From NCBI RefSeq assembly GCF_006345805.1, contig NC_043008.1, positions 54,932,001-54,996,000 of the forward strand: a stretch of 64,000 nt of DNA, in the 5' to 3' direction. This DNA is from Octopus sinensis (Eukaryota). Of this stretch, positions 12,382 to 23,893 are shown in pieces. Both the position numbers and the translations under genes were made by a program. The notes under the pieces are model-generated. The model was not told the origin of the DNA and did no database searches. It was given only the letters and a program-made list of their open reading frames with translations. Position 1 is the stretch's first letter. Each line of letters begins with the position of its first letter.

Positions 12382-13325
12382 CACGGGCATATGGCGTAGT
12401 TAAGAGCGCGGTCTGCTAGCCCCAAGATTCCGAGTTCGTTTATTATTCAGTGACCTGAATAATAATATTATAATAATATTATAATAATAATAAAATATAA
12501 TAATATAATAATAATAATATAATAATAACAATAAAAGCCCTGATGCAGTACCAGGCAGTGGCTCTCATGGTTCTTAATCTTAATATTGGAAGTGTTATCA
12601 TGTACATGTTTTGTCTTGGTATAAAAGATGGGCTAACAGCAAATATTCTGCTCAATACCACAGATTTGCTTGTCAGTTGTTTGACCTTAACCAGTTGAGC
12701 ATGTCCCTTAGTGGCTGACGATATGTGCATCTCTGATCACGAGCAGAAGTAGTGGGGGAGCATCATAGCCATGTGCTGAGAGGGATTGTCTGGGGTTTGA
12801 ATAGTTCACCTCTGGAAACAGGGTGGTTTTTCAACATCCTTAAACAACCCTTATTCAGGGACCGTTTGAGCGGGATGGGCTACTCAACCTGAAGAAAATT
12901 CTAACTGGGCCCCACTGCAAGGTCATGTGCTGTTTATCTTGATATGAGATCACCAGGTCGCGCACATATGGTTGTGATGCATGTGCCTGGGGTACCTTTA
13001 TCAGACGGGTAGTCATGAGGGGATATTGGGCTTCGTATATTTTACCCCAGTGTCACTTTGATGGCATGAACTGCTCTCTCATCAATAATAATAATAATAA
13101 TACAATAATAATAATAATAAGAATAATATAATATAATAATAATAATAATAATAACAACAACAACAACAGCAACATCGAAAAAACCATAGGAAAGAAACCC
13201 AGGCTCGAAAATTCCCTCAAGACACTGATGAATGCTGGAGGGTATATCAGCCGAAAAAGTTGTGTTAACAACAAACAAGATGAGGACAAATATCCGTCAA
13301 ATGTAAATAATATAAATAATGTAGA
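12382..13325 (+). mobile_element. 3' PLE pseudo-LTR (tRNA-like head and HHR-like motif 13221-13266), split by a 550-bp insertion
   Basis: Head at 12382-12445, and GACA-CUGAUGA-A-UGCUG/CAGCC-GAAA-AAGUU-GUGUU at 13221-13266. Confidence 0.7.
12533..13080 (+). repeat. About 550-bp non-coding dispersed repeat embedded in (AAT)n
   Basis: The reverse complement occurs at 16628-17115. Both copies are bounded by trinucleotide microsatellites. Confidence 0.85.
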
Positions 13326-13429
13326 TAATTTCTCATCTCTTAAATATAGAACTGTATATATATATGTGTGTTGTGGTTGTGTGTGTGTTGTAGTGTGTAT
13401 GATATATATATATACATATATATATATAA

Positions 13430-13548
<119 letters not shown>

Positions 13549-13627
13549 CCTCGTCTGTACCACTAGCGATTTTTTCCCCTGTCTTCCTTCTCGGGATCTT
13601 CCTTCTCGGGATCTTTCCTTCTCCTAT

Positions 13628-13662
13628 GTTTCCGACGAAGAGCTCTGCTCGAAACGTCAAAC
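13628..13662 (+). ncRNA. Minimal HHR-like motif with CCGACGA core
   Basis: GUUU-CCGACGA-A-GAGC-UCU-GCUC-GAAA-CGU-C-AAAC. Stems I and II pair perfectly and stem III is a palindromic ACGU. Confidence 0.65.
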
Positions 13663-14000
13663 CCTCCTTCTTCCCTTCTTTCCTGAGCGTCCAATAATAC
13701 TTTATTTGTTCCACGTCCTTGCGTTGTTGTGTTTTTTGTTTTTGTTTTCTTGTTTGGATTAACTATATATATATATCAATGTGTGTATCATGCTTAAAAT
13801 AGATGCAACGTTGAAAGTCTGCTAAACTCCGACGATATTCGACTTGAAAATGACTCTTATGAACATACTATGTTAAAAATCACTGAAATATATAAGTAGC
13901 AAAAGAAAATCGTCCAGCAACAGGGCTAACACTGCTAAATACGTATTTCTGCCCCTTCGTCAGTAACAAGTATCGACCGGCAACCGTATGCTATAACAAA

Positions 14001-14385
14001 GTGGAGGCGCAATGGCTCAGTGGTTAGGGCAGCGGACTCGCGGTCATAGGATCGCGGTTTCGATTCCCAGACCGGGCGTTGTGAGTGTTTATTGAGCGAA
14101 AACACCTAAAGCTCCTCGAGGCTCTGGCAGGGGATGGTGGTGATCCCTGCTGTACTCTTGCACCACAACTTTCTCTCACTCTTACTTCCTGTTTCTGTTG
14201 TACCTGTATTTCAAAGGGCCGGCCTTGTCACTCTCTGTGTCACGCTGAATATCCCCGAGAACTACGTTAAGGGTACACGTGTCTGTGGAGTGCTCAGCCA
14301 CTTACACGTTAATTTCACGAGCAGGCTGTTCCGTTGATTCGGATCAACCGGAACCCTCGTCGTCGTAACCGACGGAGTGCTTCCA
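14001..14385 (+). mobile_element. tRNA-derived SINE family C with target-site duplication
   Basis: TGGCTCAGTGG A box and GGTTTCGATTCCC B box, flanked by ATGCTATAACAAA and ATGCTATGACAAA. Confidence 0.85.
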
Positions 14386-15067
14386 TGCTATGACAAAATC
14401 CGCCGCTACAAAAATTCTAAAACAGTGACTGAAAAATTAGTGACGTTAGCATTAATCGGAGGCCGAATAAAATTTCTTTTATTAGCGACAAAAACCGTAT
14501 TAAATCAAAATACTGGGATATTTACTTAAAATTTTGGCTGTTAAATATTTCATATGTTTAAAATGGTATAATAAATTATTTTTTAAAGCCATTGAAAGCA
14601 AAAAATTGTCAGATGTAAAAAGTGTTCAAAGTACAGATGTTACCAGGCTTGTTGCAGCGTATATTTATACGAATAGTTACCGACATCGTGCTATTTTATG
14701 ACAATGCCTCAAGATTTCCATGGAAATAGAAAAAATAGCCACATAAAATGTTATACATACATAGTAACATACATACATATTTGTTCGTGTGTGCGCCCGT
14801 GTGTGTGCGTGTGTATGCGTGTGTGTGTATGCGTGGGTTTGCATATGTGTATATATTAATATAGCCGAGCGGCTATCACAGTAAGCTTTTCCTACGGATT
14901 CGGCTATCAGTCCAAGTTGTGATTGTATACAAAATTTGTAATAAAAGCTGTGTAACTGAAGATCTAGAAAAGCTGACCAATACAGTATTAACACCTGAAT
15001 TTATGCTTTATATCTCATACACACAAACACACACATACGCATATACGCACATATATATAGCTTCTGG

Positions 15068-15153
<86 letters not shown>

Positions 15154-15182
15154 TGCCTTGATATATAAATATCTATACATAC

Positions 15183-15300
15183 GCCTGACCTTCGAAACGT
15201 CGAGTAGATGAAACAAAGGCGAATTTTCCTTGGTTTTGTGTTTATGTTTTCGTTTCTCATTGTGTTCCGACGTTTTTTGGTGTCCTGTACTCATATATGC
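15183..15300 (+). repeat. PLE-terminal-like repeat fragment
   Basis: CCTTCGAAACGTCGAGTAGATG..GTCCTGTACTCATATATG. Same family as 31-335, 37883-38055 and 44775-45105. Confidence 0.55.
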
Positions 15301-16545
15301 GTGTATATATACATGTAGAGGTAGGTACGTACTATATGTATGTATATATGTATATGCATATGTTTTATTTATTTATTAATTGATTATATATTATATATAA
15401 TATATTATATATAATATATATATATATGTAGTTTCATATATAGCTTCTGGTTACAGGCGTCTATTATCTCCTTTAGGCCGGGAAAATTACAAGTAGGAAC
15501 AAGAAATTTCTGAGATAAAAAGACTTGTTTGCTATTGAAAGAGTTGACTGAGACATCGCGTTAAGGACAAGGCTTCTATTTGTATTTCATGTAAACGGGA
15601 ACTACAAGAAGAAAAAGGGGTAGAGGAGAGGAGAAGAAAAAGAAGAAGAAAGAAAGAAAGAAAGAAAGAAGAAGAAGAAGAAGAAGAAGAAGAAGAACAA
15701 CAACAACAACAACAACAGCAACATCAACAACAACAGCATTAACGACAATATTATGTGTAAAAAGAACTAAAACAATAACAAGAATCTTTGTACGTGCATA
15801 GAACTATCCTCAATCCCTGAATCGTTACTGCTTCTGTTTGCGCCATATACAGATCAATAATTATCACCTGACGATCAATATGTAATCCATAACCTGCTTT
15901 TTTCAATTGTATGCTTTTCGTAAACCTTTGTAACGTGAGATTCCTTATAAATAAACCCAGTTTACTCTATACCTGAGACTATGTTTATTTATTTTCATTT
16001 TTTCTTTGCGTAACGCTTAGCAGTGTGTTCTGTCATATGGGGTAGGAAACCTGGTTTTCTTGTAATGATGTTGTTTCACTCTCATGTTAGAAGATGTAAA
16101 ACATATTCGAAAGCACAGATGTTGCTTTGGCGCATGGGAACCAAAGGCTGCTGGGGATACGGGACTAAATCTATAGTATTCTTTTCCAAAATATATGCAT
16201 ATTTATTTATACATATATGTAAATTATATTTGTGCTTAGGTATGCTATTGTTGTTTTAAAAATCAAATGCATTTTGACCTACCTACTAACTTTGATATAA
16301 GTTGTAAAATATTTAAAAATCAGTTTTAGAATATCAGTAGCGACTGATTCTGTATCGCATGCGGTGGTCAGTGGTCACTTGCTACTGGCCAAGCAAAAGG
16401 AAGAAGAAATGCGTATATAACAATCCTATCACCACTACTTTACCATTTTCATTTGCTACTAATATACCAGGTGAGTTTTAAAGTCACGCACTAAAACATT
16501 TTAACATTTTTTTTATATTACGTTATCATCATCATCATCATCATT

Positions 16546-16583
<38 letters not shown>

Positions 16584-16627
16584 CATCATTATTGTTATTC
16601 TTGTTGTTGTTGTTGTTGTTGTTGTTG

Positions 16628-17115
16628 AGTGAGAGTGCAGCACATGTCATCAAAGTGACACTGGGGTAAAATATACGAAGCTCAGTATACCCATCATAAC
16701 TACCCGTCTGATAAGGGTACACTAGGCATATGCATCACAACCATATGTGCGCGACATGGTGATCTCATATTAAGATAAACAGCGCATGATCTTGCAGGTG
16801 GGGCCCAGTTAGAATTTTCTTCTGGTCGAGTATCCCATCCCGCTCAAAAGGTCCCTAAACATGGGTTGTTTAAGAATGTTGAACGAAACACCCATGTTTC
16901 CAGAGGTGAATTATTCAAACCCCAAAGAATCCCTCTCAACATATGGCTATGATGCTCCCCCACTACTTCTGCTCGTGATCAGAGATGCAAATATCGTCAG
17001 CCACTAAGGGACATGGTCAACTGGTTAAGGTCAAACAACTGACAAGCAAATCTGTGGTATTGAGCAGAATATTTGCTGTAGCCCATCTTTTATACCAAGA
17101 CAAAACAATGTACAC
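16628..17115 (-). repeat. Second copy of the 550-bp microsatellite-embedded repeat
   Basis: Reverse complement of about 12590-13080, flanked by (GTT/ATT)n on both sides. Confidence 0.85.
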
Positions 17116-17123
17116 AATAACAC

Positions 17124-17157
<34 letters not shown>

Positions 17158-17207
17158 GTGTTGTTGTTGTTGTTGTTGTTGTTGTTATTATTATTATTAT
17201 TACTATT

Positions 17208-17242
<35 letters not shown>

Positions 17243-17333
17243 ATTATTATTATTATTATTATTATTATCATCATCATCATCATCATTATCATTATTGTTG
17301 TTGTTGTTGTTGTTGTTAATGTTAAGGCGGCGA

Positions 17334-17540
17334 GCTGGCAGAACCGTTAGCACGCCGGACGAAATCATTAGCGGTATTTCGCTCGTCGCTACGTTCTGAG
17401 TTCAAATTCCACCGAGATCAACTTTACCTTTTATCCTTTCGTGGTCGATGAAATAAGTACCAGTTGAATACTGGGGTCGAAACAATCGACTCAACCCCTC
17501 CCCCATAATTGCTGCCCATATGGCAAAATTTGAAACCATT
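17334..17540 (+). mobile_element. SINE family B
   Basis: AAGGCGGCGAGCTGGCAGAACCGTTAGCACGCC head and core. Confidence 0.8.
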
Positions 17541-17882
17541 ATTATTATTATTATTAATAATAATAATAATAATTTCATTATCATCTTTCAATTCTATTTC
17601 CATTTCTTGCCAAGTGTCATCCTGACCACTAGGGAACAGAAACGCACTGTATTCATTGGTAGGGTATTAAAATAAGCAAACCAAAGTGTCCATTTATAAA
17701 ATCATGTGATACAGGAAAGGGGGAAAAAGACAGAATAAAAAATAAAAAAATAAAAAAGTAAACAAAGGAAATAAAGGGGAAAAGGGAACGAAGATTCACA
17801 GCGACAATGTTCTTCTCATTACGTGTGAGTACAAGTTGAGACCATCTTTTGCACTTCCTGTATGGATGGCAAGCCAGGTATC

Positions 17883-18117
17883 AGGGCGACGAGCTGGCAG
17901 AATCATTAGAACGCCGGGCGAAATGCGTAGCCGTATTTCGTCTGCCGTTACATTCTGAGTTCAAATTCCGCCGAGGTTGACTTTGCCTTTCATCCTTTCG
18001 GGGTCGATAAATTAAGTACCAGTTACGCACTAGGGTCGATGTAATCTACTTAATTCGTTTGTCTGTCCTTGTTTGTCCCCTCTATGTTTAGCCCCTTGTG
18101 GGTAGTAAAGAAATAAG
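17883..18117 (+). mobile_element. SINE family B
   Basis: Head, GAGTTCAAATTCCGCC, core and GTGGGTAGTAAAGAAATA tail. Confidence 0.85.
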
Positions 18118-19690
18118 GTATCATTATTAAATAATGTTTAGTTCCTTTTTTGATTATTCCAAGTGCTCCTACAATCACTGGTATTGTAACTGCTTGAGAT
18201 GACATATTTTTTCATTTCGATGAGCAAATCTTTATATTTGCTGAGCTTATCAAATTTTTTGCCGAGATATTATGATCACATGGTATGCTCATGTCAATCA
18301 ATAAACAGACATTATTGTCTTGGTCTTTCACAATAATATCTGGTTTGTTTGCTTTGATGGTCCGGTCTGTACATACTGGAAAGTCCCAAAGTTGCATTTT
18401 TTCCCTCAATTACAACCTTAGGGCGGTGATTGTACCATTTGCCAGCAGTTTTGATTTTATAATGCTGACACATTCTCCAATGTAGATATTGGCCAACTCT
18501 GTCATGTCTTGATTTGTACTCTACAGGTGTCTTCCCTCCAGAGATTAGGTGGTCCACTAATTCTATCCCATCGCTGCAGTATCGGCAATTTGGGTCTACA
18601 CCATTTTTCATCACATTGGCTTGATATTTCTGTGTCAGTAAGCTCTGATCTTGGGCAGCCAAGAATAAAGTCTTCACCCTCTGCCTTTAACCCTGAGATC
18701 AGTAGCCACTGATGGGTGTGCTTCTTGTCTACGTCAGCTGGTTTGTTATGAGCCACATATTTGCCTTGCAGAGGTTTTTGTTCCCACCTATCAGCCAATT
18801 GTTCAAACGCATTTTGCTTTGCTTTAGATTTAACCTTCTTTGCAACTACATTTGCTTCACTTCCATTATGCTGTTCATCCGTGGTATTATGCATAAGCTC
18901 ACCTGAAAATATTTTGCTTTCCCTCATAACATAATGTAGCTTTTTAACTCTTTCATAGTTTTCAACACGCTTTAGCTTCTAGTCGTTAGGTGTTTCAAGA
19001 TATGTTGCCAATCCAATTGTGGTGGTTTTGTAGGATATTTCAAACTGTATCGAGCCTCGACCTCCTTAAGCTCTCGGTAGGTAAAGACGATCTGCGTCTA
19101 CTTTTGGCTGGTGCATATTATTGCAAGTCAGCAGCTCACGGATTTTCTTTCCAATCTTCCTTATTTCGCTCATATTCCAGTTCAACACATTGAAACTATA
19201 AATAACACCTTGTTACGTGCATTTAACTCGGCTTTTAGGGCTGCTCGAATTCTTCTGTTACACTCCTTCCTGATCTTCTCTTTCGTACATGCATGCTGAA
19301 TGCCAGAGCCCTCATTTATTCCGAGGTATTTGTAAGTTTGTTCCTGCTCGAGTTCTTTTGTGACTGTGTCAACATCCAACTCCACTGGATGTGAGGTCTT
19401 TCCTTTTCGGAAAGTGACCTTGGCACTTTTATCAAGACCAAATTCCATCCTGATGTCACCACCGAATGCTTTCACAGTATGTAATAGTCCTTCAAGCTCA
19501 TTATCGTCCTTGCCATTGAGTTTTAAGTCATCCACATAAAATAGATGACTTATTTCCTTGTCGCCAATTTTATACCCATACTCTGTTCTGTTAAGTTCAC
19601 TTGTAAGGGGTAAGAGGGCTATTGGAAAAAATTAAAGGTGAAAGTAAGCCACCTTAGAAAATGCCGCAGTTGATATTAATATTTTTTTGT

Positions 19691-19778
19691 GATCAGTACT
19701 CTATTAGAGTAGGATCAGTACTCTATTAGAGTAGGATCAGTACTCTATTAGAGTAGGATCAGTACTCTATTAGAGTAG
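19691..19778 (+). repeat. 22-bp minisatellite x4 (GATCAGTACTCTATTAGAGTAG)
   Basis: Four identical tandem units inside the RT region. Confidence 0.95.
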
Positions 19779-20544
19779 GATAGTTGGAGATTAGTATTCC
19801 ACATTGATATGTTGGGCTTCAGGAAGTTTGAAATCACAGGAGAAATTTTGAAGATTTCCAGCGATTTCAAGATACATGAATGCGGTATGCTGTCGAAGGC
19901 CTTTTTATAATCAATCCATGCAGAACTGAGATTTCTGTGTTTGTTATGACAGTTCTCAAGGGCCATGCGATTGATTAAGAGTTGGTCTTTGCATCCATAT
20001 GACCCTCGTTGTCACCCCTTTTGTTCAGTGGGGAAAATATATTTCTGTTCCATAAACCGGTATGTTTTCTCCACGAGGATGGACGTTAAAATTTTATACG
20101 TGGAAGATAGACTTGTTGTGGGCCGATAGTTTTGGGGAGATTTGATTTCATTATTCTTCGGGAGTAGGTAAGTAATACCTCTTGTTAACCAATCTGGTGT
20201 TTTCGTAGGATCTCTCATAATTTCATTGAATAAATGGACTAAATTTTCGTTTGAGCACGGGAGTAAGGCAAGCCATAAATTTGGTCAGGGGTTTCCACTT
20301 ATGGGCCTTCGTGAGTGTCATTCTTGTGTCTGCTTTTGTGATGTGTTCTTATGCTTGTTCTGGTAAGGTTTTGTAAGATCCTTCAGTGCGCCTAATGCAG
20401 TCTGCATTTTCATTGTAAGTCTTTTCATCACTCCAGATATTTTTCCAGAAGTTTTCAACTTCTTCCATGGCAGGGGGTGTCTACGACGGTTATTTTGTCC
20501 TTCCATATTTCTCTGTAGAATAAGTTAAGTTAATTTTTTGGCTC

Positions 20545-20835
20545 AAAAAGAAAAAAGCAAGGCCATGTAGGGGGACATTGAGTTATGTACATGGAGGGTG
20601 TTCATGCAAAGAGTTCAGGCCATTTCTGGTCAAGAGAGACTTTGAACCGAGCGGTCGTCGGCATCTTCACTATCTCGTCCGGCAGCTTATACCACAGATC
20701 CGCAACCCGGACGGAGAAAGCCCCCTCTCCTTCAATTGAGATGAAATCGTCGCAGATAGAGCTTTTCGGAGTGACCCTGCAGCCGACGCTCTGGAGCAGG
20801 AGTGAAGAATAGCTCTTTCTAGAGGGATGTGAACA
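20545..20835 (-). mobile_element. CR1-type LINE 3' fragment nested in the R4/Dong element
   Basis: Translated GHSEKLYLRRFHLN*RRGAFSVRVADLWYKLPDEIV..RFKVSLD, a typical CR1 ORF2 C-terminus. Confidence 0.75.
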
Positions 20836-22360
20836 GATTACTTTACTTATAAAATTTGTTTCTTGTCTCAAATCTTTGTTTCTTTGATCCTTTGCTTGGC
20901 TTTTTTGTTGCAGTGTTTCTTTTGCTGAAAGCAGTTCTTCTCTTGGTGAGAATCTATGTTTTCTCTTCATATTTCTTTCTTTTCTGGTTTTTACATCGTT
21001 TCCACAGATTAGTTTATTCAATAGCGATATTTCACCCCTCATTATTTCAATGTCTTTTTCAATTTTACTTTTCCAGCTTGGAATTCTCCCCAGATTTGTA
21101 TTTCTTTGCTTTTTCAGGGGCATACAACTGGTTTCAATTATCTTAGCAGCTGCATAAATGACTTCATTTAATTCAGTGAGATCTGGTTTTAGTTCTTGTA
21201 TAATTTCCTTTGTTACATAGTTCCCATTTAAAATTTGTTTTCTATTTCAGATTGTATTTGAGAGCTTATGAAGTGGTTCTCTATCATGCATATTGGCGTG
21301 TCTTACAACTGTAAGCTTTTTCAGGATTTTCTGATTCAGTTCTACCATAGAGTGTCTTTATCCGGTTCATTACAACTTATTTCTCCAGACGTTTGCGTAT
21401 TCTGGTCTGATGACATTTATTCAGTTGAGACTCGTGAAGAGTTGCTCTCTTTGTCTGGTCCTTCATTTCCTTTCTGTCTTATATCTTGGTAATTTCCCGC
21501 TGCGTGCTTGATCGCAGTTATTTCAATATCTGTGTGTCTTTCATTTCTGAAGATATCCCTCCTAACATTTGCTAACTTGTTTTCGTCCAAATATACTAGT
21601 AGTAGTAGTAGTATTATAATTCATTTTGGCTATCATGTACAAGTACGTGACTATTCATTATTTTTATTTATTTTATTCGATTTTAGCAAGATTGGGACAT
21701 GTTTTTTGTCAACTGTAGAGTGTATTGAACGTATTTTGTGCATCCCTTTTGGCCTACCCTGCATTTCAGTCTCTGTTATTACTCAACGTCTGTAAGGAGA
21801 CATTGATACCCGGTTAGGAATATTTGCCATTAGTTTAATTGACATTTTAGATCAAAGCTGACGTAGAATTAAACAACAATATCACAAGGAAACTAGATTT
21901 CCTATTCCATGTGACGGAACACACAAGTAAGGCTCAAACAAAGAAAAATTGAAAGCAGAAAACCATAATCTCAGGTACAGATTAAACGGCGTTTATCTAG
22001 AAAACATCACAATGGTATAATACAAAAGAATATGCTATTGAAACAGTAGGTTTTGGATTAGATATTGATTGTCAGGTAATAGCTATTGATCAGTATATGG
22101 AAATAGGTGAGATGGAAAGGATTAAGGGATTGTGGATAGTTCTATGTACGGAGAACACCTGTAGTTGTTGTTGTTATTGCTGGTGTTCATGCTGTTCTTG
22201 TTGTTTTTGATTTTGTTGTTATTTTTGTTATTATTATTCCTCCTCTTTTTTTTTCGTTTTGTAGTCCCCGTTTTCATATAATAAAAAAAAATGCTGTTAC
22301 AGTTACACTTACCCTAAGGTCTCTTGTAGTTTTGTTTTTGCTGAATACTCCAAACACACA

Positions 22361-22446
<86 letters not shown>

Positions 22447-22669
22447 CAAACACAAATACCCTCCCACACTATTTTATATTATTTTTGCCTTACATTCATT
22501 TCACCGTTGTGGTTGTATGGAAAGCATTTGATGTTCCGGTCACAATTGGATGCTAAACCGCAACGCATCATCAGGGGAACGCTTCATTGCATTATACCAC
22601 AAAGATCAAAGCTTTAAAGTTGAATAGATGGTAAGACTTATTATAAGTGTTTTGAGAGGCAAAATAGAG

Positions 22670-23000
22670 AGAAAGTAATCTTAGGGATGTGTTACCCCAA
22701 CCTCCATATTCACCAGATATTGCTCCTTCGGATTTCCACTTATTCAGTTCTCTGCAGAATAGTCTTAATGATAAAAATTTCAATTCCTTGCATGACGTAA
22801 AAAGATACCTTGATGAATTCTTTGCCATGAAACCACCACTTCAATTCTGGGAAGAGGGTATTTTCAAGTTAAAGGAAAGATGGACACACTTTGAGCAACA
22901 AAATGGTTCATATTTGGTTGATTAAAAATGTAATGGCAAATATTTATTGACCTTTTCCTTTCCTTTAAAAATTGGCGCGAACTTTCCGGACAATCCAATA
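22670..23000 (+). mobile_element. mariner transposase 3' end with TIR
   Basis: LPQPPYSPDIAPSDFHLFSSL..GIFKLKERW. The TIR-like end AAAATTGGCGCGAACTTTCCGGACAATCCAA is followed by TA. Confidence 0.9.
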
Positions 23001-23244
23001 ATATAAACTTTAGGGGTGGAGATTAGAATTAAAAGATACAGGAAGTAGTAATTTATAACTTAGCAAATTTATAATATTAAACTGAATAAATTAAAATCAA
23101 TATTTAGCATAAGGATAGAAATTGAATTTAAAACCTAATAATGGGATACTTCAATATATAAGAAAACCTATTAAGACTTTTCCTAGGAATAATGTTTATA
23201 AGTTCACAAAAAAACTTAACCAGTTTTTCTTTTATTCTTTTATT

Positions 23245-23520
23245 CTTTTACTAGTTTCAGTCATTTGACTGCGGCCATGCTGGAGCAACGCCTTTAGTCG
23301 AGCAATCGACCCCGGGACTTATTCTTTGTAAGCCCAGTACTTATTCTATCGGGCTCTTTTGCCGAGCCGCTAAGTGACGAAGACGTAAACACACCAGCAT
23401 CGGTTGTCAAGCGATTTTGGGGGGGACAAACACAGACACACAAACACACACATACACATATACATATATACATATATTCGACAGGCTTTTTTCAGTTTCC
23501 GTCTACCAAATCCACTCACA
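23245..23520 (-). mobile_element. SINE family A, 3' part
   Basis: TTTCAGTCATTTGACTGCGGCCATGCTGGAG tail through AAATCCACTCACA. Confidence 0.85.
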
Positions 23521-23521
23521 A

Positions 23522-23893
23522 GAGAAATGTTTTTGTTTCACTTTTAACACGTAATACTGAAATAGTGGAGAAGATATGATATTGCTATGGGCTCGCTCTA
23601 GGCAAGAAGTTGAATACATTTTTGCCCATGAAACTACATGGACCCTAAGTAAGGCATGTGTAAAATTTGAATGAAATTGGTTGTGTAGTTCTCAAGTTTT
23701 AGGGAATCGTAGTGGAGAAGATAAGATATTGCTGTGGGCTCGCTCTAGGCCAAAAGTTAAAAATTGTTTTTGCCGATGACACTCCCCGGACCCTAAGTAA
23801 GGCATGTGTAAAATTTGAATGAAATTGGTTGTGCAGTTCTCAAGTTTTAGGGAAACACACAGACAGACAGACACACTTTCACAGTTTTATATA
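23522..23893 (-). mobile_element. Non-autonomous Helitron 5' part with internal duplication
   Basis: Matches 28852-29092. The ATAGTGGAGAAG..CTCAAGTTTTAGGGAA block occurs twice. Confidence 0.75.

Larger units (their letters stand above)
18150..21850 (-). mobile_element. Long degraded R4/Dong-type non-LTR retrotransposon (RT, CCHC-like and restriction-like endonuclease)
   Basis: PDWLTRGITYLLPK..NYRP, AWIDYKKAFDSIPH, MDDLKL, CRYC..VDHLISG and LWDFPVCTDRTIKANKPDII lie in collinear order, with many stops and frameshifts. Confidence 0.9.

Noticed and set aside
14001-14075. tRNA genes at SINE heads (also 4490-4559, 11600-11680 and 61270-61330)
   Set aside because: A and B boxes are present, but there is no complete acceptor stem or cloverleaf, and each continues into a repeat body.
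19691-19778. CRISPR-like short direct repeats (also considered for 52660-53260)
   Set aside because: The units are contiguous with no unique spacers, there are no cas genes, and the context is eukaryotic repeat DNA.
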